The notes under the pieces: generated by a model
Seen by the model: only the letters and a program-made list of their open reading frames with translations
Told to the model about the DNA's origin: nothing
The model's database searches: none
Assembly (NCBI GenBank): GCA_964016885.1
Contig: OZ024740.1
Coordinates: 144,894,001 to 144,958,000 of the forward strand
Length of the DNA stretch: 64,000 nucleotides
Origin: Eledone cirrhosa
Taxonomy: Eukaryota
Direction: 5' to 3'
Shown: positions 12,001 through 25,720 of the stretch, in pieces
How the letters are laid out: every line of letters starts with the position of its first letter
Numbering within the stretch: the first letter of the stretch is position 1
Translations under genes and position numbers: made by a program

Positions 12001-15000
12001 ATAGTGGTATGGTGGTGGTGGTGGCCGTAGTAGTGGCTGTGGTTGTTCTATAGTGGTATGGTGGTGGTGGTGGTCGTATTAGTGGCTGTGGTTGTTCTAT
12101 AGTGGTATGGTGGTGGTGGTGGCCGTAGTAGTGGCTGTGGTTGTTCTATAGTGGTATGGTGGTGGTGGTGGTCGTAGTAGTGGCTGTGGTAGTTCTATAG
12201 TGGTTTGGTGGTGGTGGTGGTGGCCGTAGTAGTGGCTGTGGTTGTTCTATAGTGGTATGGTGGTGGTCGTAGTAGTGGCTGTGGTTGTTCTATAGTGGTA
12301 TGGTGGTGGTGGTGACCGTAGTAGTGGCTGTGGTTGTTCTATAGTGGTATGGTGGTGGTGGTGGCCGTAGTAGTGGCTGTGGTTGTTCTATAGTGGTATG
12401 GTGGTGGTGGTGGTCGTATTAGTAGCTGTGGTTGTTCTATAGTGGTATGGTGGTGGTGGTGGCCGTAGTAGTGGCTGTGGTTGTTCTATAGTGGTATGGT
12501 GGTGGTGGTGGTCGTAGTAGTGGCTGTGGTAGTTCTATAGTGGTATGGTGGTGGTGGTGGCCGTAGTAGTGGCTGTGGTTGTTCTATAGTGGTATGGTGG
12601 TGGTGGTGGCCGTAGTAGTGGCTGTGGTTGTTCTATTGTGGTATGGTGGTGGTGGTGGCCGTAGTAGTGGCTGTCGTTGTTCTATAGTGGTATGGTGGTG
12701 GTGGTGGCCGTAGTAGTGGCTGTCGTTGTTCTATAGTGGTATGGTGGTGGTGGTGGTCGTAGTAGTGGCTGTGGTTGTTCTATAGTGGTATGGTGGTGGT
12801 GGTGGTCGTAGTAGTGGCTGTGGTTGTTCTATAGTGGTATGGTGGTGGTGGTCGTAGTAGTGGCTGTGGTTATTCTATAGTGGTATGGTGGTGGTGGTGG
12901 CCGTAGTAGTGGCTGTGGTTGTTCTATAGTGGTATGGTGGTGGTGGTGGTCGTAGTAGTGGCTGTGGTTGTTCTATAGTGGTATGGTGGTGGTGGTCGCC
13001 GTAGTAGTGGCTGTGGTTGTTCTATAATGGTATGGTGGTGGTGGTGGTCGTAGTAGTGGCTGTGGTTGTTCTATAGTGGTATGGTGGTGGTGGTGACCGT
13101 AGTAGTGGCTGTGGTTGTTCTATAGTGGTATGGTGGTGGTGGTGGCCGTAGTAGTGGCTGTGGTTGTTCTATAGTGGTATGGTGGTGGTGGTGGTCGTAG
13201 TAGTGGCTGTGGTTGTTCTATAGTGGTATGGTGGTGGTGGTGGCCGTAGTAGTGGCTGTGGTTGTTCTATAGTGGTATGGTGGTGGTGGTGGTCGTAGTA
13301 GTGGCTGTGGTTGTTCTATAGTGGTATGGTGGTGGTGGTGGCCGTAGTAGTGGCTGTGGTTGTTCTATAGTGGTATGGTGGTGGTGGTGGCCGTAGTAGT
13401 GGCTGTGGTTGTTCTATAGTGGTATGGTGGTGGTGGTGGTCGTAGTAGTGGCTGTGGTTGTTCTATAGTGGTATGGTGGTGGTGGTGGTCGTAGTAGTGG
13501 CTGTGGTTGTTCTATAGTGGTATGGTGGTGGTGGTGGCCGTAGTAGTGGCTGTGGTTGTTCTATAGTGGTATGGTGGTGGTGGTGGTCGTAGTAGTGGCT
13601 GTCGTTGTTCTATAGTGGTATGGTGGTGCTGGTGGCCGTAGTAGTGGCTGTCGTTGTTCTATAGTGGTATGGTGGTGGTGGTGGTCGTAGTAGTGGCTGT
13701 GGTTGTTCTATAGTGGTATGGTGGTGGTGGTGGTCGTAGTAGTGGCTGTGGTTGTTCTATAGTGGTATGGTGGTGGTGGTCGTAGTAGTGGCTGTGGTTA
13801 TTCTATAGTGGTATGGTGGTGGTGGTGGCCGTAGTAGTGGCTGTGGTTGTTCTATAGTGGTATGGTGGTGGTGGTGGTCGTAGTAGTGGCTGTGGTTGTT
13901 CTATAGTGGTATGGTGGTGGTGGTGGCCGTAGTAGTGGCTGTGATTGTTCTATAGTGGTATGGTGGTGGTGGTGGTCGTAGTAGTGGCTGTGGTTGTTCT
14001 ATAGTGGTATGGTGGTGGTGGTGGCCGTAGTAGTGGCTGTGGTTGTTCTATAGTGGTATGGTGGTGGTGGTGGCCGTAGTAGTGGCTGTCGTTGTTCTAT
14101 AGTGGTATGGTGGTGGTGGTGGTCGTAGTAGTGGCTGTGGTTGTTCTATAGTGGTATGGTGGTGGTGGTGGCCGTAGTAGTGGCTGTGGTTGTTCTATTG
14201 TGGTATGGTGGTGGTGGTGGCCGTAGTAGTGGCTGTCGTTGTTCTATAGTGGTATGGTGGTGGTGGTGGTCGTAGTAGTGGCTGTGGTTGTTCTATAGTG
14301 GTATGGTGGTGGTGGTGGTCGTAGTAGTGGCTGTGGTTGTTCTATAGTGGTATGGTGGTGGTGGTCGTAGTAGTGGCTGTGGTTATTCTATAGTGGTATG
14401 GTGGTGGTGGTGGCCGTAGTAGTGGATGTGGTTGTTCTATAGTGGTATGGTGGTGGTGGTGGCCGTAGTAGTGGCTGTGGTTGTTCTATAGTGGTATGGT
14501 GGTGGTGGTGGCTGTAGTAGTGGCTGTGGTTGTTCTATAGTGGTATGGTGGTGGTGGTGGTGGCCGTAGTAGTGGCTGTGATTGTTCTATAGTGGTATGG
14601 TGGTGGTGGTGGCCGTAGTAGTGGCTGTGGTTGTTCTATAGTGGTATGGTGGTGGTGGTCGCCGTAGTAGTGTCTGCGGTTGTTCTATAGTGGTATGGTG
14701 GTGGTGGTGGCCGTAGTAGTGGCTGTGGTTGTTCTTTAGTGGTATGGTGGTGGTGGTGGTCATAGTAGTGGCTGTCGTTGTTCTATAGTGGTATGGTGGT
14801 GGTGGTGGCCGTAGTAGTGGCTGTGGTTGTTCTATAGTGGTATGGTGGTGGTGGTGGTCGTAGTAGTGGCTGTGGTTGTTCTATAGTGGTATGGTGGTGG
14901 TGGTGGTGGCCGTAGTAGTGGCTCTCGTTGTTTTATAGTGGTATGGTGGTGGTTGTGGTTGTAGTAGTGGCTGTGGTTGTTCTATAGTGGTGTGGTGGTG

Positions 15001-18000
15001 GCCGTAGTAGTGGCTGTGGTTGTTCTATAGTGGTATGGTGGTGGTGGTGGTCGTAGTAGTAACTGTGGTTGTTCTATAGTGGTGTGGTGGTGGTGGTGGT
15101 CGTAGTAGTGGCTGTGGTTGTTCTATAGTGGTATGGTGTTGGTGGTGGTCGTAGTAGTGGCTGTGGTTGTTCTATAGTGGTATGGTAGTGGTGGTGGTCG
15201 TAGTAGTGACTGTGGTTGTTCTATAGTGGTATGGTGGTGGTCGTAGTAGTGGCTGTGGTTGTTCTATAGTGGTATGGTGGTGGTGGTGGCCGTAGTAGTG
15301 GCTGTGGTTGTTCTATAGTGGTATGGTGGTGGTGGTGGTCGTAGTAGTGGCTGTGGTTTTTCTATAGTGGTATGGTGGTGGTGGTGGTCGTAGCAGTGGC
15401 TGTGGTTGTTCTATTGTGGTATGGTGGTGGTGGTGGTCGTAGTAGTGGCTGTGGTTGTTCTATAGTGGTATGGTGGTGGTGGTGGCAGTAGTAGTGGCTG
15501 TCGTTGTTCTATAGTGGTATGGTGGTGGTGGTGGTCGTAGTAGTGGCTGTGGTTGTCTATAGTGGTATGGTGGTGGTGGTGGTCGTAGTAGTGGCTGTGG
15601 TTGTTCTATAGTGGTATGGTGCTGGTGGTGGTCGTAGTAGTGGCTGTGGTTGTTCTATAGTGGTATGGTGGTGGTGGTGGCCGTAGTAGTGGCTGTGGTT
15701 GTTCTATAGTGGTATGGTGGTGGTGGTGGTCGTAGTAGTGGCTGTGGTTGTTCTATAGTGGTATGGTGGTGGTGGTCGTAGTAGTGGCTGTGGTTGTTCT
15801 ATAGTGGTATGGTGGTGGTGGCCGTAGTAGTGGCTGTGGTTGTTCTATAGTGGTATGTTGGTGGTGGTGGTCATAGTAGTGGCTGTGGTTGTTCTATAGT
15901 GGTATGGTGGTGGTTGTGGTCGTAGTAGTGGCTGTGGTTGTTCTATAGTGGTATGGTGGTGGTGGTGGTCGTAGTAGTGGCTGTGGTTGTTCTATAGTGG
16001 TATTGTGCTGGTGGTGGTCGTAGTAGTGGCTGTGGTTGTTCTATAGTGGTATGGTGGTGGTGGTGGTCGTAGTAGTGGCTGTGGTTGTTCTATAGTGGTA
16101 TGGTGGTGGTGGTGGTCGTAGTAGTGGCTGTGGTTGTTCTATAGTGGTATGGTGCTGGTGGTGGTCGTAGTAGTGGCTGTGGTTGTTCTATAGTGGTATG
16201 GTGCTGGTGGTGGTCGTAGTAGTGGCTGTGGTTGTTCTATAGTGGTATGGTGCTGGTGGTGGTCGTAGTAGTGGCTGTGGTTGTTCTATAGTGGTATGGT
16301 GGTGGTGGTGGGCGTAGTAGTGGCTGTGGTTGTTCTATAGTGGTATGGTGGTGGTGGTGGTCGTAGTAGTGGCTGTGGTTGTTCTATAGTGGTATGGTGC
16401 TGGTGGTGGTCGTAGTAGTGGCTGTGGTTGTTCTATAGTGGTATGGTGGTGGTGGTGGCCGTAGTAGTGGCTGTGGTTGTTCTATAGTGGTATGGTGGTG
16501 GTGGTGGTCGTAGTAGTGGCTGTGGTTGTTCTATAGTGGTATGGTGGTGGTGGTGGTCGTAGTAGTGGCTGTGGTTGTTCTATAGTGGTATGGTGGTGGT
16601 GGTGGTCGTAGTAGTGGCTGTGGTTGTTCTATAGTGGTATGGTGGTGGTGGTGGTCGTAGTTGTGGCTGTGGTTGTTCTATAGTGGTATGGTGGTGGTGG
16701 TCGTAGTAGTGGCTGTGGTTGTTCTATAGTGGTGTGGTGGTGGTGGTGGCCATAGTAGTGGCTGTGGTTTTTCCATAGTGGTATGGTGGTGGTGGTGGTG
16801 GCCGTAGTAGTGGCTGTGGTTGTTCTATAGTGGTATGGTGGTGGTGGTGGTCGTAGTAGTGGCTGTGGTTGTTCTATAGTGGTATGGTGGTGGTGGTTGC
16901 CGTAGTAGTGGCTGCGGTTGTTCTATAGTGGTATGGTGGTGGTGGTTGCCGTAGTAGTGGCTGTTGTTGTTCTATAGTGGTATGGTGGTGGTGGCCGTAG
17001 TAGTGGCTGTGGTTGTTCTATAGTGGTATGGTGGTGGTTGTCGTAGTAGTGGCTGTGGTTGTTCTATAGTGGTATGGTGGTGGTGGTGGTCGTAGTAGTG
17101 GCTGTGGTTGTTCTATAGTGGTATGGTGGTGGTGGTGACCGTAGTAGTGGCTGTGCTTGTTCTATAGTGGTATGGTGGTGGTGGTGGCCGTAGTAGTGGT
17201 TGTGGTTGTTCTATAGTGGTATGGTGTTGGTGGTGGTCGTAGTAGTGGCTGTTGTTGTTCTATAGTGGTATGGTGGTGGTGGTGACCTTAGTAGTGGTTG
17301 TGGTTGTTCTATAGTGGTATGGTGTTGGTGGTGGTCGTAGTAGTGGCTGTGGTTGTTCTATAGTGGTGTGGTGGTGGCCGTAGTAGTGGCTGTGGTTGTT
17401 CTATAGTGGTATGGTGGTGATGGTGGCCGTAGTAGTGACTGTGGTTGTTCTATAGTGGTATGGTGGTGGTGGTGACCTTAGTAGTGGTTGTGGTTGTTCT
17501 ATAGTGGTATGGTGTTGGTGGTGGGCGTAGTAGTGGCTGTGGTTGTTCTATAGTGGTATGGTGGTGGTGGTGGCCGTAGTAGTGGCTGTGGTTGTTCTAT
17601 AGTGGTATGGTGGTGGTGGCCGTAGTAGTGGCTGTGGTTGTTCTATAGTGGTATGGTGGTGGTGGCCGTAGTAGTGGCTGTGGTTGTTCTATAGTGGTAT
17701 GGTGGTGGTGGCCGTAGTAGTGGCTGTGGTTGTTCTATAGTGGTATGGTGGTGGTGGTGGGCGTAGTAGTGGCTGTGGTTGTTCTATAGTGGTATGGTGG
17801 TGGTGGTGGTCGTAGTAGTGGCTGTGGTTGTTCTATAGTGGTATGGTGGTGGTGGTGGTCGTAGTAGTGGCTGTCGTTGTTCTATAGTGGTATGGTGTTG
17901 GTGGTGGGCGTAGTAGTGGCTGAGGTTGTTCTATAGTGGTATGGTGGTGGTGGTCGTAGTAGTGGTTGTGGTTGTTCTATAGTGGTATGGTGGTGGTGGA

Positions 18001-21000
18001 CGTAGTAGTGGTTGTGGTTGTTCTATAGTGGTATGGTGGTGGTGGTCGTAGTAGTGGTTGTGGTTGTTCTATAGTGGTATGGTGGTGGTGGTCGTAGTAG
18101 TGGCTGTGGTTGTTCTATAGTGGTATGGTGGTGGTAGTCGTAGTAGTGGCTGTGGTTGTTCTATAGTGGTATGGTGGTGGTGGTGGCCGTAGTAGTGGCT
18201 GTGGTTGTTCTATAGTGGTATGGTGGTGGTGGTGGTCGTAGTAGTGGCTGTGGTTGTTCTATAGTGGTATGGTGGTGGTGGTGGCCGTAGTAGTGGCTGT
18301 GGTTGTTCTATAGTGGTATGGTGGTGGTGGTGGTCGTAGTAGTGGCTGTGGTTGTTCTATAGTGGTATGGTGGTGGTGGTGGCCGTAGTAGTGACTGTGG
18401 TTGTTCTATAGTGGTATGGTGGTGGTGGTCGTAGTAGTGGCTGTGGTTGTTCTATAGTGGTATGGTGGTGGTGGTAGTCGTAGTAGAGGCTGTGGTTGTT
18501 CTATAGTGGTATGGTGGTGGTGGTGGTCGTAGTAGTGGCTGTGGTTGTTCTATAGTGGTATGGTGGTGGTGGTGGCCGTAGTAGTGGCTGTGGTTGTTCT
18601 ATAGTGGTATGGTGGTGGTGGTGGTCGTAGTAGTGGCTGTGGTTGTTCTATAGTGGTATGGTGGTGGTGGTGGCCGTAGTAGTGGCTGTGGTTGTTCTAT
18701 AGTGGTATGGTGGTGGTGGTGGTCGTAGTAGTGGCTGTGGTTGTTCTATAGTGGTATGATGGTGGTGGCCGTAGTAGTGGCTGTGGTTGTTCTATAGTGG
18801 TATGGTGGTGGTGGTGGCCGTAGTAGTGGCTGTGGTTGTTCTATAGTGGTATGGTGTTGGTGGTGGGCGTAGTAGTGGCTGTGGTTGTTCTATAGTGGTA
18901 TGGTGGTGGTGGTGGTCGTAGTAGTGGCTGTGGTTGTTCTATAGTGGTATGGTGGTGGTGGTGGTCGTAGTAGTGGCTGTGGTTGTTCTATAGTGGTATG
19001 GTGTTGGTGGTGGGCGTAGTAGTGGCTGTGGTTGTTCTATAGTGGTATGGTGGTGGTGGTGGCCGTAGTAGTGGCTGTGGTTGTTCTATAGTGGTATGGT
19101 GGTGGTGGTGGTCGTAGTAGTGGCTGTCGTTGTTCTATAGTGGTATGGTGTTGGTGGTGGGCGTAGTAGTGGCTGTGGTTGTTCTATAGTGGTATGGTGG
19201 TGGTGGTGGCCGTAGTAGTGGCTGTGGTTGTTCTATAGTGGTATGGTGGTGGTGGTGGTCGTAGTAGTTGCTGTGTTTGTTCTATAGTGGTATGGTGGTG
19301 GTGGTGGCCGTAGTAGTGGATGTGGTTGTTCTATAGTGGTATGGTGGTGGTGGTCGTCGTAGTAGTGTCTGTGGTTGTTCTATAGTGGTATGGTGGTGGT
19401 GGTGGTCGTAGTAGTTGCTGTGGTTGTTCTATAGTGGTATGGTGGTGGTGGTGGCCGTAGTAGTGGCTGTGGTTGTTCTATAGTGGTATGGTGGTGGTGG
19501 TCGCCGTAGTAGTGTCTGCGGTTGTTCTATAGTGGTATGGTGGTGGTGGTGGCCGTAGTAGTGGCTGTGGTTGTTCTTTAGTGGTATGGTGGTGGTGGTG
19601 GTCATAGTAGTGGCTGTGGTTGTTCTATAGTGGTATGGTGGTGGTGGTGGCCGTAGTAGTGGCTGTGGTTGTTCTATAGTGGTATGGTGGTGGTGGTGGT
19701 CGTAGTAGTGGCTGTGGTTGTTCTATAGTGGTATGGTGGTGGTGGTGGTGGCCGTAGTAGTGGCTCTCGTTGTTTTATAGTGGTATGGTGGTGGTTGTGG
19801 TCGTAGTAGTGGCTGTGGTTGTTCTATAGTGGTATGGTGGTGGTGGTGGCCGTAGTAGTGGCTGTGGTTGTTCTATAGTGGTATGGTGGTGGTGGTGGTC
19901 GTAGTAGTAACTGTGGTTGTTCTATAGTGGTGTGGTGGTGGTGGTGGTCGTAGTAGTGGCTGTGGTTGTTCTATAGTGGTATGGTGTTGGTGGTGGTCGT
20001 AGTAGTGGCTGTGGTTGTTCTATAGTGGTATGGTGGTGGTGGTGGTCGTAGTAGTGACTGTGGTTGTTCTATAGTGGTATGGTGGTGGTCGTAGTAGTGG
20101 CTGTGGTTGTTCTATAGTGGTATGGTGGTGGTGGTGGCCGTAGTAGTGGCTGTGGTTGTTCTATAGTGGTATGGTGGTGGTGGTGGTCGTAGTAGTGGCT
20201 GTGGTTTTTCTATAGTGGTATGGTGGTGGTGGTGGTCGTAGCAGTGGCTGTGGTTGTTCTATTGTGGTATGGTGGTGGTGGTGGTCGTAGTAGTGGCTGT
20301 GGTTGTTCTATAGTGGTATGGTGGTGGTGGTGGCAGTAGTAGTGGCTGTCGTTGTTCTATAGTGGTATGGTGGTGGTGGTGGTCGTAGTAGTGGCTGTGG
20401 TTGTCTATAGTGGTATGGTGGTGGTGGTGGTCGTAGTAGTGGCTGTGGTTGTTCTATAGTGGTATGGTGCTGGTGGTGGTCGTAGTAGTGGCTGTGGTTG
20501 TTCTATAGTGGTATGGTGGTGGTGGTGGCCGTAGTAGTGGCTGTGGTTGTTCTATAGTGGTATGGTGGTGGTGGTGGTCGTAGTAGTGGCTGTGGTTGTT
20601 CTATAGTGTTATGGTGGTGGTGGTCGTAGTAGTGGCTGTGGTTGTTCTATAGTGGTATGGTGGTGGTGGCCGTAGTAGTGGCTGTGGTTGTTCTATAGTG
20701 GTATGTTGGTGGTGGTGGTCATAGTAGTGGCTGTGGTTGTTCTATAGTGGTATGGTGGTGGTTGTGGTCGTAGTAGTGGCTGTGGTTGTTCTATAGTGGT
20801 ATGGTGGTGGTGGTGGTCGTAGTAGTGGCTGTGGTTGTTCTATAGTGGTATTGTGCTGGTGGTGGTCGTAGTAGTGGCTGTGGTTGTTCTATAGTGGTAT
20901 GGTGGTGGTGGTGGTCGTAGTAGTGGCTGTGGTTGTTCTATAGTGGTATGGTGGTGGTGGTGGTCGTAGTAGTGGCTGTGGTTGTTCTATAGTGGTATGG

Positions 21001-24000
21001 TGCTGGTGGTGGTCGTAGTAGTGGCTGTGGTTGTTCTATAGTGGTATGGTGCTGGTGGTGGTCGTAGTAGTGGCTGTGGTTGTTCTATAGTGGTATGGTG
21101 CTGGTGGTGGTCGTAGTAGTGGCTGTGGTTGTTCTATAGTGGTATGGTGGTGGTGGTGGGCGTAGTAGTGGCTGTGGTTGTTCTATAGTGGTATGGTGGT
21201 GGTCGTGGTCGTAGTAGTGGCTGTGGTTGTTCTATAGTGGTATGGTGCTGGTGGTGGTCGTAGTAGTGGCTGTGGTTGTTCTATAGTGGTATGGTGGTGG
21301 TGGTGGCCGTAGTAGTGGCTGTGGTTGTTCTATAGTGGTATGGTGGTGGTGGTGGTCGTAGTAGTGGCTGTGGTTGTTCTATAGTGGTATGGTGGTGGTG
21401 GTGGTCGTAGTAGTGGCTGTGGTTGTTCTATAGTGGTATGGTGGTGGTGGTGGTCGTAGTAGTGGCTGTGGTTGTTCTATAGTGGTATGGTGGTGGTGGT
21501 GGTCGTAGTAGTGGCTGTGGTTGTTCTATAGTGGTATGGTGGTGGTGGTCGTAGTAGTGGCTGTGGTTGTTCTATAGTGGTGTGGTGGTGGTGGTGGCCA
21601 TAGTAGTGGCTGTGGTTTTTCTATAGTGGTATGGTGGTGGTGGTGGTGGTGGCCGTAGTAGTGGCTGTGGTTGTTCTATAGTGGTATGGTGGTGGTGGTG
21701 GTCGTAGTAGTGGCTGTGGTTGTTCTATAGTGGTATGGTGGTGGTGGTTGCCGTAGTAGTGGCTGTGGTTGTTCTATAGTGGTATGGTGGTGGTGGTTGC
21801 CGTAGTAGTGGCTGTGGTTGTTCTATAGTGGTATGGTGGTGGTGGCCGTAGTAGTGGCTGTGGTTGTTCTATAGTGGTATGGTGGTGGTTGTCGTAGTAG
21901 TGGCTGTGGTTGTTCTATAGTGGTATGGTGGTGGTGGTGGTCGTAGTAGTGGCTGTGGTTGTTCTATAGTGGTATGGTGGTGGTGGTTGCCGTAGTAGTG
22001 GCTGTGGTTGTTCTATAGTGGTATGGTGGTGGTGGTCGTAGTAGTGGCTGTGATTGTTCTATAGTGGTATGGTGGTGGTCGTAGTAGTGGCTGTGGTTGT
22101 TCTATAGTGGTATGGTGGTGGTGGTGACCGTAGTAGTGGTTGTGGTTGTTCTATAGTGGTATGGTGGTGGTGGCCGTAGTAGTGGCTGTGGTTGTTCTAT
22201 AGTGGTATGTTGGTGGTGGTCGTAGTAGTGGCTGTGGTTGTTCTATAGTGGTATGGTGGTGGTCGTAGTAGTGGCTGTGGTTGTTCTATAGTGGTATGGT
22301 GGTGGTGGTGACCGTAGTAGTGGTTGTGGTTGTTCTATAGTGGTATGGTGGTGGTGGCCGTAGTAGTGGCTGTGGTTGTTCTATAGTGGTATGGTGGTGG
22401 TGGTCGTAGTAGTGGCTGTAGTTGTTCTATAGTGGTATGGTGGTGGTGGTCGTAGTAGTGGCTGTGGTTGTTCTATAGTGGTATGGTTGTGGTGGCCGTA
22501 GTAGTGGCTGTGGTTGTTCTATAGTGGTATGGTGGTGGTGGCCGTAGTAGTGGCTGTGGTTGTTCTATAGTGGTATGGTGGTGGTGGGTGGTCGTAGTAG
22601 TGGCTGTGGTTGTTCTATAGTGGTATGGTGGTGGTGGTGGTCGTAGTAGTGGCTGTGTTTGTTCTATAGTGGTATGGTGGTGGTGGTGGTCGTAGTAGTG
22701 GCTGTGGTTGTTCTATAGTGGTATGGTGGTGGTGGTGGCCGTAGTAGTGGCTGTGGTTGTTCTATAGTGGTATGGTGGTGGTGGTGGTCGTATTAGTGGC
22801 TGTGGTTGTTCTATAGTGGTATGGTGGTGGTGGTGGCCGTAGTAGTGGCTGTGGTTGTTCTATAGTGGTATGGTGGTGGTGGTGGTCGTAGTAGTGGCTG
22901 TGGTAGTTCTATAGTGGTTTGGTGGTGGTGGTGGCCGTAGTAGTGGCTGTGGTTGTTCTATAGTGGTATGGTGGTGGTCGTAGTAGTGGCTGTGGTTGTT
23001 CTATAGTGGTATGGTGGTGGTGGTGACCGTAGTAGTGGCTGTGGTTGTTCTATAGTGGTATGGTGGTGGTGGTGGCCGTAGTAGTGGCTGTGGTTGTTCT
23101 ATAGTGGTATGGTGGTGGTGGTGGTCGTATTAGTAGCTGTGGTTGTTCTATAGTGGTATGGTGGTGGTGGTGGCCGTAGTAGTGGCTGTGGTTGTTCTAT
23201 AGTGGTATGGTGGTGGTGGTGGTCGTAGTAGTGGCTGTGGTAGTTCTATAGTGGTATGGTGGTGGTGGTGGCCGTAGTAGTGGCTGTGGTTGTTCTATAG
23301 TGGTATGGTGGTGGTGGTGGCCGTACTAGTGGCTGTGGTTGTTCTATTGTGGTATGGTGGTGGTGGTGGCCGTAGTAGTGGCTGTCGTTGTTCTATAGTG
23401 GTATGGTGGTGGTGGTGGCCGTAGTAGTGGCTGTCGTTGTTCTATAGTGGTATGGTGGTGGTGGTGGTCGTAGTAGTGGCTGTGGTTGTTCTATAGTGGT
23501 ATGGTGGTGGTGGTGGTCGTAGTAGTGGCTGTGGTTGTTCTATAGTGGTATGGTGGTGGTGGTCGTAGTAGTGGCTGTGGTTATTCTATAGTGGTATGGT
23601 GGTGGTGGTGGCCGTAGTAGTGGCTGTGGTTGTTCTATAGTGGTATGGTGGTGGTGGTGGTCGTAGTAGTGGCTGTGGTTGTTCTATAGTGGTATGGTGG
23701 TGGTGGTCGCCGTAGTAGTGGCTGTGGTTGTTCTATAATGGTATGGTGGTGGTGGTGGTGGTCGTAGTAGTGGCTGTGGTTGTTCTATAGTGGTATGGTG
23801 GTGGTGGTGACCGTAGTAGTGGCTGTGGTTGTTCTATAGTGGTATGGTGGTGGTGGTGGCCGTAGTAGTGGCTGTGGTTGTTCTATAGTGGTATGGTGGT
23901 GGTGGTGGTCGTAGTAGTGGCTGTGGTTGTTCTATAGTGGTATGGTGGTGGTGGTGGCCGTAGTAGTGGCTGTGGTTGTTCTATAGTGGTATGGTGGTGG

Positions 24001-25720
24001 TGGTGGTCGTAGTAGTGGCTGTGGTTGTTCTATAGTGGTATGGTGGTGGTGGTGGCCGTAGTAGTGGCTGTGGTTGTTCTATAGTGGTATGGTGGTGGTG
24101 GTGGCCGTAGTAGTGGCTGTGGTTGTTCTATAGTGGTATGGTGGTGGTGGTGGTCGTAGTAGTGGCTGTGGTTGTTCTATAGTGGTATGGTGGTGGTGGT
24201 GGTCGTAGTAGTGGCTGTGGTTGTTCTATAGTGGTATGGTGGTGGTGGTGGCCGTAGTAGTGGCTGTCGTTGTTCTATAGTGGTATGGTGGTGATGGTGG
24301 TCGTAGTAGTGGCTGTCGTTGTTCTATAGTGGTATGGTGGTGCTGGTGGCCGTAGTAGTGGCTGTCGTTGTTCTATAGTGGTATGGTGGTGGTGGTGGTC
24401 GTAGTAGTGGCTGTGGTTGTTCTATAGTGGTATGGTGGTGGTGGTGGTCGTAGTAGTGGCTGTGGTTGTTCTATAGTGGTATGGTGGTGGTGGTCGTAGT
24501 AGTGGCTGTGGTTATTCTATAGTGGTATGGTGGTGGTGGTGGCCGTAGTAGTGGCTGTGGTTGTTCTATAGTGGTATGGTGGTGGTGGTGGTCGTAGTAG
24601 TGGCTGTGGTTGTTCTATAGTGGTATGGTGGTGGTGGTGGCCGTAGTAGTGGCTGTGATTGTTCTATAGTGGTATGGTGGTGGTGGTGGTCGTAGTAGTG
24701 GCTGTGGTTGTTCTATAGTGGTATGGTGGTGGTGGTGGCCGTAGTAGTGGCTGTGGTTGTTCTATAGTGGTATGGTGGTGGTGGTGGCCGTAGTAGTGGC
24801 TGTCGTTGTTCTATAGTGGTATGGTGGTGGTGGTGGTCGTAGTAGTGGCTGTGGTTGTTCTATAGTGGTATGGTGGTGGTGGTGGCCGTAGTAGTGGCTG
24901 TGGTTGTTCTATTGTGGTATGGTGGTGGTGGTGGCCGTAGTAGTGGCTGTCGTTGTTCTATAGTGGTATGGTGGTGGTGGTGGTCGTAGTAGTGGCTGTG
25001 GTTGTTCTATAGTGGTATGGTGGTGGTGGTGGTCGTAGTAGTGGCTGTGGTTGTTCTATAGTGGTATGGTGGTGGTGGTCGTAGTAGTGGCTGTGGTTAT
25101 TCTATAGTGGTATGGTGGTGGTGGTGGCCGTAGTAGTGGATGTGGTTGTTCTATAGTGGTATGGTGGTGGTGGTGGCCGTAGTAGTGGCTGTGGTTGTTC
25201 TATAGTGGTATGGTGGTGGTGGTGGCTGTAGTAGTGGCTGTGGTTGTTCTATAGTGGTATGGTGGTGGTGGTGGTGGCCGTAGTAGTGGCTGTGATTGTT
25301 CTATAGTGGTATGGTGGTGGTGGTGGCCGTAGTAGTGACTGTTGTTGTTCTATAGTGGTATGGTGGTGGTGGTGGTCGTAGTAGTGGCTGTGGTTGTTCT
25401 ATAGTGGTATGGTGGTGGTGGTGGTCGTAGTAATGGCTGTGGTTGTTATATAGTGGTATGGTGGTGGTGGTGGCCGTAGTAGTGGCTGTGGTTGTTCTAT
25501 AGTGGTATGGTGGTGGTGGTGGTCGTAGTAGTGGCTGTGGTTGTTCTATAGTGGTATGGTGGTGGTGGTGGCCGTAGTAGTGGCTGTGGTTGTTCTATAG
25601 TGGTATGGTGGTGGTGGTGGTCGTAGTAGTGGCTGTGGTTGATCTATAGTGGTATGGTGCTGGTGGTGGTCGTAGTAGTGGCTGTGGTTGTTCTATAGTG
25701 GTATGGTGGTGGTGGTGGTA
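1..25720. repeat. Tandem satellite array, consensus GTAGTAGTGGCTGTGGTTGTTCTATAGTGGTAT(GGT)nGG[T/C]C, mostly 49 bp, roughly 530 units, runs off the left edge
   Basis: Directly visible. Unit length varies almost only by whole GGT triplets (40-55 bp). The + strand is G/T-rich and there are no long ORFs. Confidence 0.99.

Noticed and set aside
1-25720. Satellite as a Thr/His/Pro-rich mucin-like coding repeat, a CRISPR array or a telomere
   Set aside because: Unit length is not a multiple of 3 and TAG stops recur on both strands; there are no unique spacers and no TTAGGG.
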